This document shows positions 62,667 to 64,000 of a stretch of DNA of 64,000 bases, one piece after another. Every line of letters starts with the position of its first letter. Within the stretch, counting starts at the first letter, position 1. A program made the position numbers and the translations under genes. The notes beneath the pieces are model-generated. The model was not told where the DNA came from. It searched no databases and saw only the letters and a list, made by a program, of their open reading frames with translations. Source of the stretch: Sminthopsis crassicaudata (Eukaryota). The DNA lies in NCBI RefSeq assembly GCF_048593235.1, contig NC_133622.1, forward strand, positions 56,482,001-56,546,000. The letters are read 5' to 3'.

Positions 62667-64000
62667 TAATTTTTGAATTTTTTTTTCCTTATTGTTTGCC
62701 TTATATTCTCCTTAACCTGCAAAAACTAAAATTTGACTATACTAATTTTTGGAGTTTCCATCTTGGGATCTGTTTCAGAAGATAAATGATGGAGAGCTTT
62801 CATGATTCTGCTTCTAAGATATCAAAGTTTTTTTCTTTGACATTTTCTCAAAATTATCAAAATTTTAAATTATTTATCTTGGTTCTACTCTTCAAGTCAG
62901 TTGTTTTTCTAATGAGGTATTTTACATTTTCTTCTTTTTTTTCATTGTTTTAATTCTGCTTGCCTAATTTTTGATGTCTCATAGATTCATCAGCTTCCAC
63001 TAATACAACTCTAATTTTTAAAGAATGATATATATTTTTTTCAATTAGCTTTTGTACTTTCTTTTTCTTTTGGCCAATTCTACTTTCTAAGGGACTATTT
63101 TTAACAATAGAACATTTTTTTTTTTTTTTTGTTTCAACTTTTCCAATTGTATTTTTAAGGAATTATTTTTCTTTAGTAAATTTTCTAAGCTATTTGCTCC
63201 CTCATAAATCTCACATTTATTTTCCCATTTTTCATTATACCTTTCCTTTTTGCTTTTCAAAAATGTTAACTTTTTTTCCAAGGAGGGTTTTTGGATTTTG
63301 AAAAATTCTTATTTCTCTTTGATGCTTTATAGGTAAGCACATTGACCTAGTTGTTCTCTTTTGAGTTTTTATGTTGATCTTCCCTATCATCATAGTGGTT
63401 TTTTTATAACTAGAGCCTTTTTTTCTGTTTTTTGTTCATTTATAGTCTATTTCATGACTTTTAAAGTTGAGCCATGGTATTAGAGCACAGAGCATATTAT
63501 TCCCAGTTTCTTGCATTGCACACTAAGGGCCAGATCATTAGATTTCTCTTCTGTGGCCTCAGACATGGTCTGGTCAGGTCTTTTAGTTCTGGAGTTCTAA
63601 GGCGGGCAGGTTGCTTTCTCCATTGAGGCTGGAGGCCTTACAGCTGACTGTGCCATCGGTCTGCTGAACCAGACCATGGAGCCTTTGTTACTTATCTGTG
63701 TTTTGTCTTTTACTTAAGTGAAATATGTTTTCTAAAGTCCTTTTAAGTTCTTTTAAATTGGAAAAGTTTTTCATTCCTATTTTTTATAGGTTTTGTCCCT
63801 CCAGAATCTGGTTAGGTACTTGATTTAAATTGTTTCTCAAGAAATTAGGGAGAACTCAGACAACTTCCTGCCTTTTCCCCATCATCTTGGACTGTTTCTT
63901 TAGACCTTATCTATGAGCTTTAATTTAATCTTCAGATTTTCAAAATTCTAATTTATACTGCCAAGTAGCAAAACTATTATTATTCCTTCACATAAATGAT

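Larger units (their letters stand above)
55880..63894 (-). mobile_element. Near full-length old LINE-1 (3'UTR, ORF2, spacer, ORF1, 5'UTR), heavily decayed, with four nested insertions
   Basis: Colinear L1 motifs: ORF 58106..58324 (FSKVAGYKI...AFLYITN...INYLGIYLPRQTQEL), ORF1 remnant ORF 63087..63281, and a 5' end ccatcatcttgg. Possible TSD TTTCTTT at 55873-55879 / 63895-63901. Confidence 0.88.

Noticed and set aside
1-64000. tRNA, rRNA or snRNA genes, CRISPR arrays, NUMT, non-retroviral endogenous viral elements, or a novel multi-gene system
   Set aside because: I recognised none by eye. The tRNA-like boxes belong to SINE heads, and the repeats lack repeat-spacer periodicity. A tBLASTx or Infernal scan would be needed to exclude very diverged cases.

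Overview
AT-rich, CpG-poor vertebrate DNA with five N gaps. The repeat content points to an Australian marsupial, probably a dasyuromorph (inference): marsupial-type L1, MAR1- and WSINE1-like SINEs, RTE LINE/SINE, L3/CR1, L2, MIR, hAT MITEs and solo LTRs. I recognise no host protein-coding gene, RNA gene or CRISPR array. The window looks like deep intron or intergenic DNA. The ORFs I could identify are LINE remnants (L1 ORF2, L2 RT, CR1 EN/RT, RTE EN); the other ORFs are low-complexity or unrecognised. The best-supported structures are: (i) a near full-length old L1 (55.9-63.9 kb, minus) carrying nested insertions: two solo LTRs with exact 6-bp TSDs, an RTE-SINE and a young L1; (ii) a 5'-intact L1 (49.7-52.9 kb) that ends in an A-tail inside ORF2; (iii) a young L1 (6284-7758) lacking both ends and any TSD; (iv) a ~4 kb CR1/L3 fossil. 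Several splice-signal-flanked open segments are listed as weak exon candidates only. I found no evidence for a new biological system. Repeat family names come from recalled consensus motifs, not a search. Boundaries are approximate (tens of bp) unless a TSD is quoted.
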